Source of the DNA: an uncultured archaeon
GTDB taxonomy: Archaea; Asgardarchaeota; Thorarchaeia; Thorarchaeales; CAZPUN01
NCBI GenBank assembly: GCA_964589775.1
Contig: CAZPUN010000020.1
Coordinates: forward strand, 30,001-62,000
DNA length: 32,000 nucleotides
Direction: 5' to 3'
Shown here: positions 9,665-18,228 of the stretch, in pieces
Layout: every line of letters begins with the position of its first letter
Position numbering within the stretch: position 1 is the stretch's first letter
Translations under genes and position numbers: made by a program
Notes under the pieces: generated by a model
The model's input: only the letters and a program-made list of their open reading frames with translations
Databases searched by the model: none
What the model was told of the DNA's origin: nothing

Positions 9665-9730
9665 AATATACTCCTCCGTTTTTTGTCGTTCTATAAATGT
9701 ATAATAGTGAAACTAGATAAAAAGTATTTC

Positions 9731-10669
9731 TCAAGTTTTCAATACCCAAACGTTCTTTTCCAATTCCGAAACAAGTCCAGCCGTTGTAAGAAATCTTAAT
9801 GCCACTAGGATTGTTGTTCTAAGACCTACACGATAAATTCGCGGAATCGGAAATAGACCCATGACATATAGATCATTTTCAATTTGGTCAAGGTCCGCAC
9901 TACCACGAGTTTCCAAAATATCCAAAATCGATTTCTGTAGAGTTTTTACGCCTTCAATACTTTGCTTAATTACACCCTTTGCATCATCAAATACGTATGT
10001 TTCATCATGAGTGGGTAAAACATAGTCAATATTTATCTTAGAAAGTGCATTTAATGTATTCAACTTTCGTACAAAATCACCAGTTAAATCCATATAGAAT
10101 AATTCAGGATGATTTGGAATTTGCGCAAATTCATCCCCAGAAAAGACAAGTTTTTCGGATGGCGAATACAAGATTATATGATCGTTCGAGTGCCCTCCAG
10201 AATATATAACAGCAAGTTTCATGGCACCAACAATAATTTCGGACCCATGAGATACTGTTTGATCAACATTTACAGGTGGAAAATCAAAATTCAATGGATG
10301 CCCGGGTCTTTTAGGTAATGATGCTTCGATAAATCCAATTGCAAATCGCTTCTTGTATGCCTTTCTGGGATCTTTCAATGTTTCTACAGCATTTTCGTGA
10401 GCGATAATTTTTGCTTTTGTCTTTTTAGCTAGCCATTTTAGTCCGCCTGCATGCATTGGATGTGAATGAGTAATTACAATCTGTGTAACATCTTTTTCCG
10501 GATTTTTACCGAGATCTTTTATGGCATCAATAATTGCATTTTTTGGAAAATCTGTCGAACCTGCATCAATAATAGTTACTTTATCTTCAACAATTAGATA
10601 TACTGAGCTGTAACCGACATCGCTCTGAAAATGCCCATAAATTCGGTAAACGTTATCTTTAATTTCCAT
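9731..10669 (-). CDS. MBL-fold metallo-hydrolase with C-terminal winged-helix-like extension
   Basis: IIDAG, THSHPMHAGG (variant of HxHxDH), GGHSNDH, FSGD, LPTHD; ATG at 10669 preferred over 10693. Confidence 0.85.
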   Translation of the reverse strand: MEIKDNVYRIYGHFQSDVGYSSVYLIVEDKVTIIDAGSTDFPKNAIIDAIKDLGKNPEKDVTQIVITHSHPMHAGGLKWLAKKTKAKIIAHENAVETLKDPRKAYKKRFAIGFIEASLPKRPGHPLNFDFPPVNVDQTVSHGSEIIVGAMKLAVIYSGGHSNDHIILYSPSEKLVFSGDEFAQIPNHPELFYMDLTGDFVRKLNTLNALSKINIDYVLPTHDETYVFDDAKGVIKQSIEGVKTLQKSILDILETRGSADLDQIENDLYVMGLFPIPRIYRVGLRTTILVALRFLTTAGLVSELEKNVWVLKT

Positions 10670-10773
10670 TAATGACAAAGCTTCCCACCACATTAATATG
10701 TATAAACATGTTCCTTATATTGATTTTCAATTGATAAAGGAGTTGCCAAAAACTGAAGCGCTTTACGGTAGAA

Positions 10774-11832
10774 ATGGTTACAAAATTAATAAAAGAATCA
10801 CGCGAACAGCTCGGATTTAACAAACATGGACATCCAAGTGTGGATGATGTCATCTATGATGCAGAATCAGATACATTATACATTATAGTTCCCGATAGAC
10901 CAGAAAAAAGCGCAATAGTAGGAAAGGGCGGTTGGGCAATAGCTGAGTTGCGTAAGAAGTTAGATGTATGGAGTGTATCTGTACATACTACGATAGATCT
11001 GACAATTAAAAAAATGCGAGTACAGAATAGTATCAATTATTTAAAGAATGAACTAAAAGACCATCTAAAACCACAAGTACACGAATGCCTATTAAAAACA
11101 ATATTACCATTATTAGAAGATGAATTGAAATATCCATTAAATAAGAGAAAAATAAATCCGATCCATGAATGTAATATAAAAGTTGGAGTCGCACTTTCAG
11201 ATGGCCCAGACAGTATGGCAACATTAGCACTTGCAAAAAGAATCGGACTCAACCCAGATGCTTTCACGGTTGATTTAGGACCGTTATTTATACCACCTAA
11301 AGTTAACAAAAGAATTGATGAAATACTTGCTGCACACGATATTAATAGGTATTTTATACCAAGACCGACAGGACATACGGAAATTCAAGAAAAAGCACGA
11401 AAAGGAAGAATTCATCCATGTGGTGCATGCCACGATCTAACAACTCAAGCATTGTACAATTATGCTAAAGAAAATAAATATGACATAATAATGTTTGGAG
11501 AATTTTTACCTACTGGCCGATATGCGTTTGAAATCATAGATAATGATCTCTTGCGAATTAACTTACCCGCAGCTCTTGCATTGAATAAAATTGATACGAT
11601 CAAACTTGCCGAAAGCATGGGTGTTGACAAAATTTCAGGAAAATTTGGTTGCCAATTCTTGAATATGGTGCATATTGTGTATCCCGAGATGCGATACCCT
11701 TCAATAAAAAGAGTACTTCGAGAGGCACACGCAGGAGTATTACCACCATCAATCGCTTTGAAATATATAAAAAGTATAATAGTACATCGTAAAAATCCAA
11801 AAGCAGAAGCAAAGTTCCGAGGCGAAGGATAA
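10774..11832 (+). CDS. Archaeal PP-loop ATPase with N-terminal KH-like domain (COG1365-like)
   Basis: DRPEKSAIVGKGG KH GxxG loop; VALSDGPDS PP-loop; HPCGAC and FGC cysteines; RINLPA. Confidence 0.82.
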   Translation: MVTKLIKESREQLGFNKHGHPSVDDVIYDAESDTLYIIVPDRPEKSAIVGKGGWAIAELRKKLDVWSVSVHTTIDLTIKKMRVQNSINYLKNELKDHLKPQVHECLLKTILPLLEDELKYPLNKRKINPIHECNIKVGVALSDGPDSMATLALAKRIGLNPDAFTVDLGPLFIPPKVNKRIDEILAAHDINRYFIPRPTGHTEIQEKARKGRIHPCGACHDLTTQALYNYAKENKYDIIMFGEFLPTGRYAFEIIDNDLLRINLPAALALNKIDTIKLAESMGVDKISGKFGCQFLNMVHIVYPEMRYPSIKRVLREAHAGVLPPSIALKYIKSIIVHRKNPKAEAKFRGEG

Positions 11833-12296
11833 TTACAACAGGTGCATATATTCTAATATTGAAATTAAGTGAAGAAAAAACAATTCAAATTGGAAAGTTA
11901 GGAACATACAGATTCCGTAAAGGATTTTATATCTATGTAGGTTCAGCAATGGGAAAATATTCAACTTCTTTATTTGGTAGGATCAACAGACATATATCAG
12001 AGCAAAAGAAAAAATTCTGGCACATCGACTTTTTGCTTATGCAATCAAAAATTATGGATATATTTTGGGTAATTTCCAGAGAAAATATCGAATGCGAATT
12101 AAATAAACAGATTTTAAATTGTAATGTACAGATACCAGTAAATGGATTTGGCTCGTCAGATTGCAAATATCACTGTAAAGCACACTTGAGTTTTACAACA
12201 GATTATGATAAAATCAGATACTGCATAAAACAAATAATAAGTAAATATGGAGAGTTTGGCATTTTCAATCTAGCCAGACCCAATAATACTAATTAG
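11829..12296 (+). CDS. GIY-YIG/Uri superfamily endonuclease (DUF123)
   Basis: GAYILIL...GFYIYVGSA, RINRH, WHIDFL, IEC, GFGSSDC, HL motifs; start uncertain (ATA 11829 or TTG 11859). Confidence 0.88.
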   Translation: MITTGAYILILKLSEEKTIQIGKLGTYRFRKGFYIYVGSAMGKYSTSLFGRINRHISEQKKKFWHIDFLLMQSKIMDIFWVISRENIECELNKQILNCNVQIPVNGFGSSDCKYHCKAHLSFTTDYDKIRYCIKQIISKYGEFGIFNLARPNNTN

Positions 12297-12884
12297 TTCA
12301 GATAATCTATTTTTGACTTCATTTTCAACAATCTGTAGCTGAGCTAGTTCATGTAGATAATCCAACCGCTTCGCACGATATTCATCCTTTGTTATTTTAT
12401 CACTCTTAGCAAGTTGGTCAAGCTTCCGAAGCTCTTCATCAATTTCAGCCCTACGCCTATCAATATTTTCAAATGATGATTTAAGTGCAGTCCATTCAAC
12501 CATTGCTTCAGCACGCCTTTGCATTTCTTGACGCCTAAGTTCTCGCTGCCTTTTAAGTTCCGCTTCTTGCTGTTTGGATAACTCCTTAGCAATCTTTATG
12601 TTATCAAGAAGTTCTTGAAGACGTACTTCCAATTCACGCTTAATTTGAATTATATTAACAACCTCAGACCACACTTCACGATATATTTTGTTATGTTGCT
12701 CTTCTGTGATCTCTTTACGCTCTAAAGCAATATCATTCTCATTGAGCTTTTGTTGTAATTCCTGCAACTTTGTAATAATTTCATTTAAGCTCTTTCTAAG
12801 GGCTGTGTATTCTACTGTCGATTCGGCAATCGCAAGAGCTGGATCCTTTATTACGTGATCATCTATTTTTTTATTCTTACTCAT
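12270..12884 (-). CDS. Coiled-coil protein made of two tandem helical-hairpin repeats (CdvA/SHOCT-like turns)
   Basis: Internal repeat AESTVEYTALRKS...KEITEEQH...RLQELL vs AEAMVEWTALKSS...DKITKDEY...RLSELI. Confidence 0.75.
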   Translation of the reverse strand: MSKNKKIDDHVIKDPALAIAESTVEYTALRKSLNEIITKLQELQQKLNENDIALERKEITEEQHNKIYREVWSEVVNIIQIKRELEVRLQELLDNIKIAKELSKQQEAELKRQRELRRQEMQRRAEAMVEWTALKSSFENIDRRRAEIDEELRKLDQLAKSDKITKDEYRAKRLDYLHELAQLQIVENEVKNRLSELISIIGSG

Positions 12885-12959
12885 ATAAAGTCCCCAATAA
12901 TAATTATGTACAAGTTACTATAAAAATTATCTTTAAAATAAAAAAATGAAAAGCATAAA

Positions 12960-13181
12960 TTATTTTTGGATTTTCATTGGAATTGCAACATATAAAATGT
13001 CTTCATAACCTACAATACCATAGCCATTCTTATTTTGAAGTACTACTCTATCAGGATGTACTTCAACAACTATAACATTTACAATTTTGACAAGTTCGCC
13101 TTTCATTACACCACGAATATAAACAGTACATGTAACTCTACGTTGCTTCAAGTCTTCAAAAACTTCCATCCAATTCGTCAA
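12960..13181 (-). CDS. Small 73-aa protein, possible Sm/Hfq-like beta-barrel
   Basis: N-terminal helix followed by five beta-strand-like segments; TTG start with GGGGA SD-like motif. Confidence 0.6.
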   Translation of the reverse strand: MTNWMEVFEDLKQRRVTCTVYIRGVMKGELVKIVNVIVVEVHPDRVVLQNKNGYGIVGYEDILYVAIPMKIQK

Positions 13182-13240
13182 TTAAACACATCCCCATACA
13201 GCTATTTTGTATCATATTATGTAGATTATGAATATAAGTA

Positions 13241-13519
13241 TTAGCAAGCAAGCGAACAAATTTCATTATTATTACTTAATATAAATTGATAAAGGGCTGA
13301 TTTTACATCATCAAAACTAGGAAGACCTGAAAATTCTAAATCGCCAATTTTTATTAAAGGTACAGAATAGATGTCATCTCGGGATTTATCAGCGTCAATT
13401 ATGTATAATGCAGGTCGAACTTCGGAGGGAAATGCACGAATAGCATTCAATACAATTTTAATAGCCGCTTCGCAGAATATACACTTTTCGCCTGTATAGA
13501 TAAATACTTTCTTTTTCAT
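13241..13519 (-). CDS. Thioredoxin/glutaredoxin-like protein
   Basis: VFIYTGEKCIFC (CxxC), SVP cis-Pro loop, FSGLP; ATG at 13519 preferred. Confidence 0.85.
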   Translation of the reverse strand: MKKKVFIYTGEKCIFCEAAIKIVLNAIRAFPSEVRPALYIIDADKSRDDIYSVPLIKIGDLEFSGLPSFDDVKSALYQFILSNNNEICSLAC

Positions 13520-13641
13520 ATTAGACTCACTATTAGTAGGTGATTGATGAATATAATATATAAACACCACAAATAATAGAAAAACCATGAGAAATTGAAA
13601 CTTAATTGTTTTACGAAATCCATGAAAAATAATAAAAAATA

Positions 13642-14361
13642 TTAATCAAAAAAGTGGCTTTCAAGGTTACTTTGTGTAAAAATACGTTCATCGGTATAAT
13701 CAACATCCATATCAAATATATGCTCGGTATTAGATTCAGAATATATTTCGGAAGCACATTTTTCACATAGAAGACCTTTTACGGTATTTAAGGCAACAAT
13801 CGATTCACAACGAATACAAACCCACATACCAGCTTCTAATAGCTTTGTCTTACGGACAACAGCTTTTGCAATTTCTCTTAATGATGGCGGGCATTTTTCG
13901 GAAATTCCAGCAATTCCATTTTCATCCCATTTACATATCAAAGAAACAAGCGTAGTAAGAAGTTCAATTAATTCCGTAATGATTTGATCTATGTGTTCTT
14001 CATCAGATTTCCTTCTTTTAGTGGGTGACGCATTTTTCAGAATTTCGAGAAACGCAAAAAATGCAGGATGTGGTATCTTAGGAGGCGCTGAAGTGTCGGC
14101 CATTTGCCCTAATACTGCAGAGATCAATAATGTTTGAGATAAACTATAATTTAGATATTTCAAAATTTCATTATATACATCAATTGGTGAAATATAGAAT
14201 TCTTTATCGGAAATACCATGCTCTTTTGCAATAGACTTAACTGTAAATACAATATCATTCCCGGTTTTTAATTTATTTTGCACTAAATTTAATGTATTTT
14301 GATAATCTAGTTTAATTTCCTGTGCCAACTTTTGAACTAATTGCCTTGCAGTAAGTATCAC
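13642..14361 (-). CDS. Hypothetical protein with C-terminal Zn finger
   Basis: 239-aa ORF, GTG start; CIRC...CEKC; acidic tail. Confidence 0.75.
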   Translation of the reverse strand: MILTARQLVQKLAQEIKLDYQNTLNLVQNKLKTGNDIVFTVKSIAKEHGISDKEFYISPIDVYNEILKYLNYSLSQTLLISAVLGQMADTSAPPKIPHPAFFAFLEILKNASPTKRRKSDEEHIDQIITELIELLTTLVSLICKWDENGIAGISEKCPPSLREIAKAVVRKTKLLEAGMWVCIRCESIVALNTVKGLLCEKCASEIYSESNTEHIFDMDVDYTDERIFTQSNLESHFFD

Positions 14362-14528
14362 ATCTTTACGCCTCTATATTGCCCGCATTTTTTATTCAAA
14401 TAAATTATTGTATTATATTATAAAATAGATTTCTATTGGTATATATATTATTGGTATTCATCAAAAATCACTAGATAGATAAGAGAAATACTTTTGACCA
14501 GAATAAATTAATTATTTTATGAACTAAT

Positions 14529-15224
14529 ATGGAAATTCTGACTGGAAAAAACATATCAAAAATCTATAATAAGAAAAATCGAAAGATCACTGCGGTAAAA
14601 AACGCAAACATTTCAGTAAATGCTGGAGAATTAATCATAATATTTGGGATCAGCGGGTCAGGAAAAAGTACGTTACTAAGAATATTAGGTACTATCGAAA
14701 AACCAACAACGGGAGAGTTAATAATCGACAGTAAGAATATAACAGACACCTCATATGCGGAACTAGCAAAAATTCGAAGACATACCATAAGTTTTGTATT
14801 CCAAAAACACAATTTAATGCCATATCTCACAGTATATGAAAATTTATTATTACGCACTGCAATAGCCGGAATTCCAAAGAATGAAGCAAAAAAACGCATA
14901 GAGCATGAACTAAAAGAACTTAACATTCTCAATTTAATTGATCGATATCCGGATGAAATTTCCGCGGGTCAATATCAGAGAGTGGCAGTAGCACGTGCAA
15001 TAATTACAAATCCAAGAATAATTTTAGCGGATGAGCCTACTGCTATGCTAGATGAAAATATGGCAAAAACGCTAATGGACATTTTACAAAAAATCGCAAT
15101 AGAGCGTAATTGTGCAATAATTATGACATCTACAAAAACAAATATTCTTAACTACGCAACAAAAATGTACGAAATGAAAAATGGAATTTTAAAATTAAAA
15201 CAAGATGTGAGAAATAATGGATGA
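14529..15224 (+). CDS. ABC transporter ATP-binding protein (LolD/MacB-like)
   Basis: Walker A GISGSGKS, Q-loop FVFQ, signature ISAGQ, Walker B ILADEPT. Confidence 0.92.
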   Translation: MEILTGKNISKIYNKKNRKITAVKNANISVNAGELIIIFGISGSGKSTLLRILGTIEKPTTGELIIDSKNITDTSYAELAKIRRHTISFVFQKHNLMPYLTVYENLLLRTAIAGIPKNEAKKRIEHELKELNILNLIDRYPDEISAGQYQRVAVARAIITNPRIILADEPTAMLDENMAKTLMDILQKIAIERNCAIIMTSTKTNILNYATKMYEMKNGILKLKQDVRNNG

Positions 15225-17040
15225 AACCGCAAAAGTAAAAGAAACTGTACGTCTATATCGAAAGCTTTGGAGATTTCCTTCAGCAAAAGTCATCTTTAGC
15301 GCAGCAATTATTACATTAGTTATTGGTTCAATAATCATAACATTCTTAACAAAGGGAGTAGTTTCCGAATCATTTTTAATATCTTCAGTTATGTATTTTG
15401 GAATTATATTATTCATTCCGCCAATAATTGATTTCATCTTAGCTTTTGGCCAGAGAAATGTTTTGAGCTTAAGACGATTTATGGCAATTTCATATATTAA
15501 TTTCATAATGATTATTATATTTACAATTATCGCATTTCCATTTTATATAGGTACTATGACAGGCTATGCGAAGCTATTGCTATTCTCAATAGGGTTTAAC
15601 ACATCTCTGAGATTTCTTGCGATACTTGCAATGTGGAGAAGAACAGATATTTTTGGGATACTTGCATCAGCATCACATGGATTAATCGCTCTCACGTCAG
15701 CAAAAATATTAGATGTGTATAATGCATTAATATTTGATATTCCGACCAATTGGCTTATAATTGGATTCTTAATTATGTGCATTTTCGCGATTTCTGAGTC
15801 AATTCTATTCTACAGAGTAAATAAACCATTCATAGAAGAGTTAAATGTATCAGGATTAACATTCTTCAGAGGATTTTCTGCAGTATATTTAGCAAATGAA
15901 CCAAAATTATTCGAGGAAGCAATGGACAAAATCGGTGAAAACCAAGATTTGAAAATATCACGCATAACAATTTGGAATGAAAATTCAGAAAAATACATCG
16001 GGTCGATCATAGTTCCCGAGGTACATCCAGGTCCGTTCAGAGAAGTTGGCAGTAGCGCAATGCCTGTTAGAATAATAGAAGCACTAGAAGATGATACACA
16101 AGCAATATCGGTAGTACATGGAACTTGCACCCATGCACAAAATCTTACAAAATCTGAACAAATTCAAACACTAATAGACTCATTAAAATCGATGAATAAA
16201 GAGAATATCTCGGAGGATATACACGAAATCGTGACGACACAGCATAATCAATTCAAGTTTGTTTCTTGGAGGATTGGAAATAAAATTTTCTTAATTACAA
16301 CAAGAGCACCAGAACCTACAGATGATATTGAATTGGAACTGGGAAAAAAGGCTATTGACAATATTAGAACGCGTATTCCAGACGCAGAAGAAATCATTAT
16401 TGTTGATGCACATAATTGTATAGTTCAGGATACCCCGAGTTTGTCGGCAGATAGTGAAGAAGCAGCAGATTTTATTGATGCATGTACTCGAGCAGCAGAA
16501 ATCGCATGGAATACAAAAATTGTAAATACACAAATAGGAACCGCACAAAATAGAAACCTCAGATATAGTCTTGATGAAGGATTTGGCAAAGGAGGTATTA
16601 CGGTATTTTCGATAATGCAGAAGGGTAAGAAAATTGCACTTATATCTATTGATGGGAACAATGCAAATTGCGAGTTCAGAAAGCATCTAATTACAAAGGT
16701 AAAAGAACGTGGGTATGATATTGTAGAACTAATGACCTCAGACACGCATACAGTTAATGCGATCTCAATGAATTCTAAAGGATATCTACCTGTTGGAACA
16801 ATAGATCAAGAACAACTAATTACAGATATTTTAGAACTATTAGATATTGCCGAGAAAAACACCCAAGATGCAAAAATTATGGTACATACAGAGATAAATA
16901 AATTAAAAGTATATGGGCGTAATGGATTTGAAAGGTTAACAAAGTGTGTGGTAAAAGCAGCGCATATTGCAAAGAACACGGGAATTGCAGTTTCACTCAT
17001 TGCAATGGGATTGAGCATAATAATCTTAATGATGATTTGA
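15217..17040 (+). CDS. DUF2070 family membrane protein
   Basis: N-terminal multi-TM region; VHPGPF, HGTCTH, VDAHN, DGNN and TSDTH motifs; C-terminal TM helix. Confidence 0.85.
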   Translation: MDETAKVKETVRLYRKLWRFPSAKVIFSAAIITLVIGSIIITFLTKGVVSESFLISSVMYFGIILFIPPIIDFILAFGQRNVLSLRRFMAISYINFIMIIIFTIIAFPFYIGTMTGYAKLLLFSIGFNTSLRFLAILAMWRRTDIFGILASASHGLIALTSAKILDVYNALIFDIPTNWLIIGFLIMCIFAISESILFYRVNKPFIEELNVSGLTFFRGFSAVYLANEPKLFEEAMDKIGENQDLKISRITIWNENSEKYIGSIIVPEVHPGPFREVGSSAMPVRIIEALEDDTQAISVVHGTCTHAQNLTKSEQIQTLIDSLKSMNKENISEDIHEIVTTQHNQFKFVSWRIGNKIFLITTRAPEPTDDIELELGKKAIDNIRTRIPDAEEIIIVDAHNCIVQDTPSLSADSEEAADFIDACTRAAEIAWNTKIVNTQIGTAQNRNLRYSLDEGFGKGGITVFSIMQKGKKIALISIDGNNANCEFRKHLITKVKERGYDIVELMTSDTHTVNAISMNSKGYLPVGTIDQEQLITDILELLDIAEKNTQDAKIMVHTEINKLKVYGRNGFERLTKCVVKAAHIAKNTGIAVSLIAMGLSIIILMMI

Positions 17041-17043
17041 GAT

Positions 17044-18228
17044 GTGGTAAATATGAGATATGTGGCATATATCATGATAATTCTATCGATCATTTCGCAA
17101 ATACCCGTCTTACACTCAAATGCCACATATCAATCTAATATAGAAATTAGAGGCACAGATACAGAAAATACAATATTTTTAAATATTACAGACAGAACTG
17201 GAATAATAAAAATAAACACTACAATTCACAATATAGAATTAATAGATATTAAACACAACATAGATAACTATGATTACGTACTAACATATTTGGGAAGAAA
17301 TACTACAAATTTCATAGTTGTAGATGTATCCACAAATCAATCAGCAACGCAATTCGAAGTTGAAATTTTATTATATAGAAATGGCAAAATGAATTCTAAA
17401 GATGCGTTTTGTACAAATTTAAATATACAACTCTATGGTCATGTTCAGATATTAAATACAATAACACCAATGCCAATGATTATCGAAAATTATATACCAA
17501 AGGGGTTCATACCGGATTACAACGATACCGATTTTATTATTGATATTTATGGAATATATATTACACCCATTGGTGGCACAATTAATCGAGATATTTATTA
17601 CATGCGTGTATATCCAATATCTTTTTCAAAGGAAGATTCAAAAATATTGATCTGGGCATTGGGAGTATCGAGAACTAATGGAACAATATATGCAATTAAA
17701 ATTGAACAAAATAAAGAAATGACATTTATTAATCTAGGAACTGGAAGAATTGATGAACGTTTCCCGACTATAATTGAGGAAATATCAGCGATTCGCCTTG
17801 TTCGTAGAGAAATAGTACTTGGAGACACCGAAAAACCAAATGTAGAGGTACAAAACCTTCAGAACAACAGCCTCATAGAATTTGAATATCAAATTATCAT
17901 AAATGCAAGTGATGATATCGCTATAAAATACATTATTATCAGAATAGATGATGATTATTACTTGACATTATTTAATACGCCATATACCTTTAAAATAGAT
18001 CCGTCAAACTATAAAGAGGGATTACACAAAATAACTATAATTGCAGTAGATTATACACGTAAGACAACAGAAATAAACCTCGAAATCGAATTTAGAAATG
18101 GAATACTACACCAAATTCCAACTGCATTCCTAAAAACAGCAATAATAATAACAGGACTCACAATAATTTATGTTGTAATTGATAAATTAGAGAAAAAACA
18201 ACAAATAGTGAAGAGTAATGGTTTATAG
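17044..18228 (+). CDS. Secreted/surface protein with Ig-like domain and C-terminal membrane anchor
   Basis: Signal-peptide-like N-terminus; many N-x-S/T sequons; DTEKPNV...ASDD...EGLHKITIIAVD Ig-like pattern; C-terminal TM plus basic tail. Confidence 0.8.
   Translation: MVNMRYVAYIMIILSIISQIPVLHSNATYQSNIEIRGTDTENTIFLNITDRTGIIKINTTIHNIELIDIKHNIDNYDYVLTYLGRNTTNFIVVDVSTNQSATQFEVEILLYRNGKMNSKDAFCTNLNIQLYGHVQILNTITPMPMIIENYIPKGFIPDYNDTDFIIDIYGIYITPIGGTINRDIYYMRVYPISFSKEDSKILIWALGVSRTNGTIYAIKIEQNKEMTFINLGTGRIDERFPTIIEEISAIRLVRREIVLGDTEKPNVEVQNLQNNSLIEFEYQIIINASDDIAIKYIIIRIDDDYYLTLFNTPYTFKIDPSNYKEGLHKITIIAVDYTRKTTEINLEIEFRNGILHQIPTAFLKTAIIITGLTIIYVVIDKLEKKQQIVKSNGL

Noticed and set aside
11829-12296. 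GIY-YIG gene as a homing endonuclease or mobile element
   Set aside because: DUF123 is a common stand-alone archaeal family; no intron, intein or flanking repeats seen
14434-14457. TATTGGTAT direct repeat in a divergent promoter
   Set aside because: Short, low-complexity and AT-rich; plausible by chance
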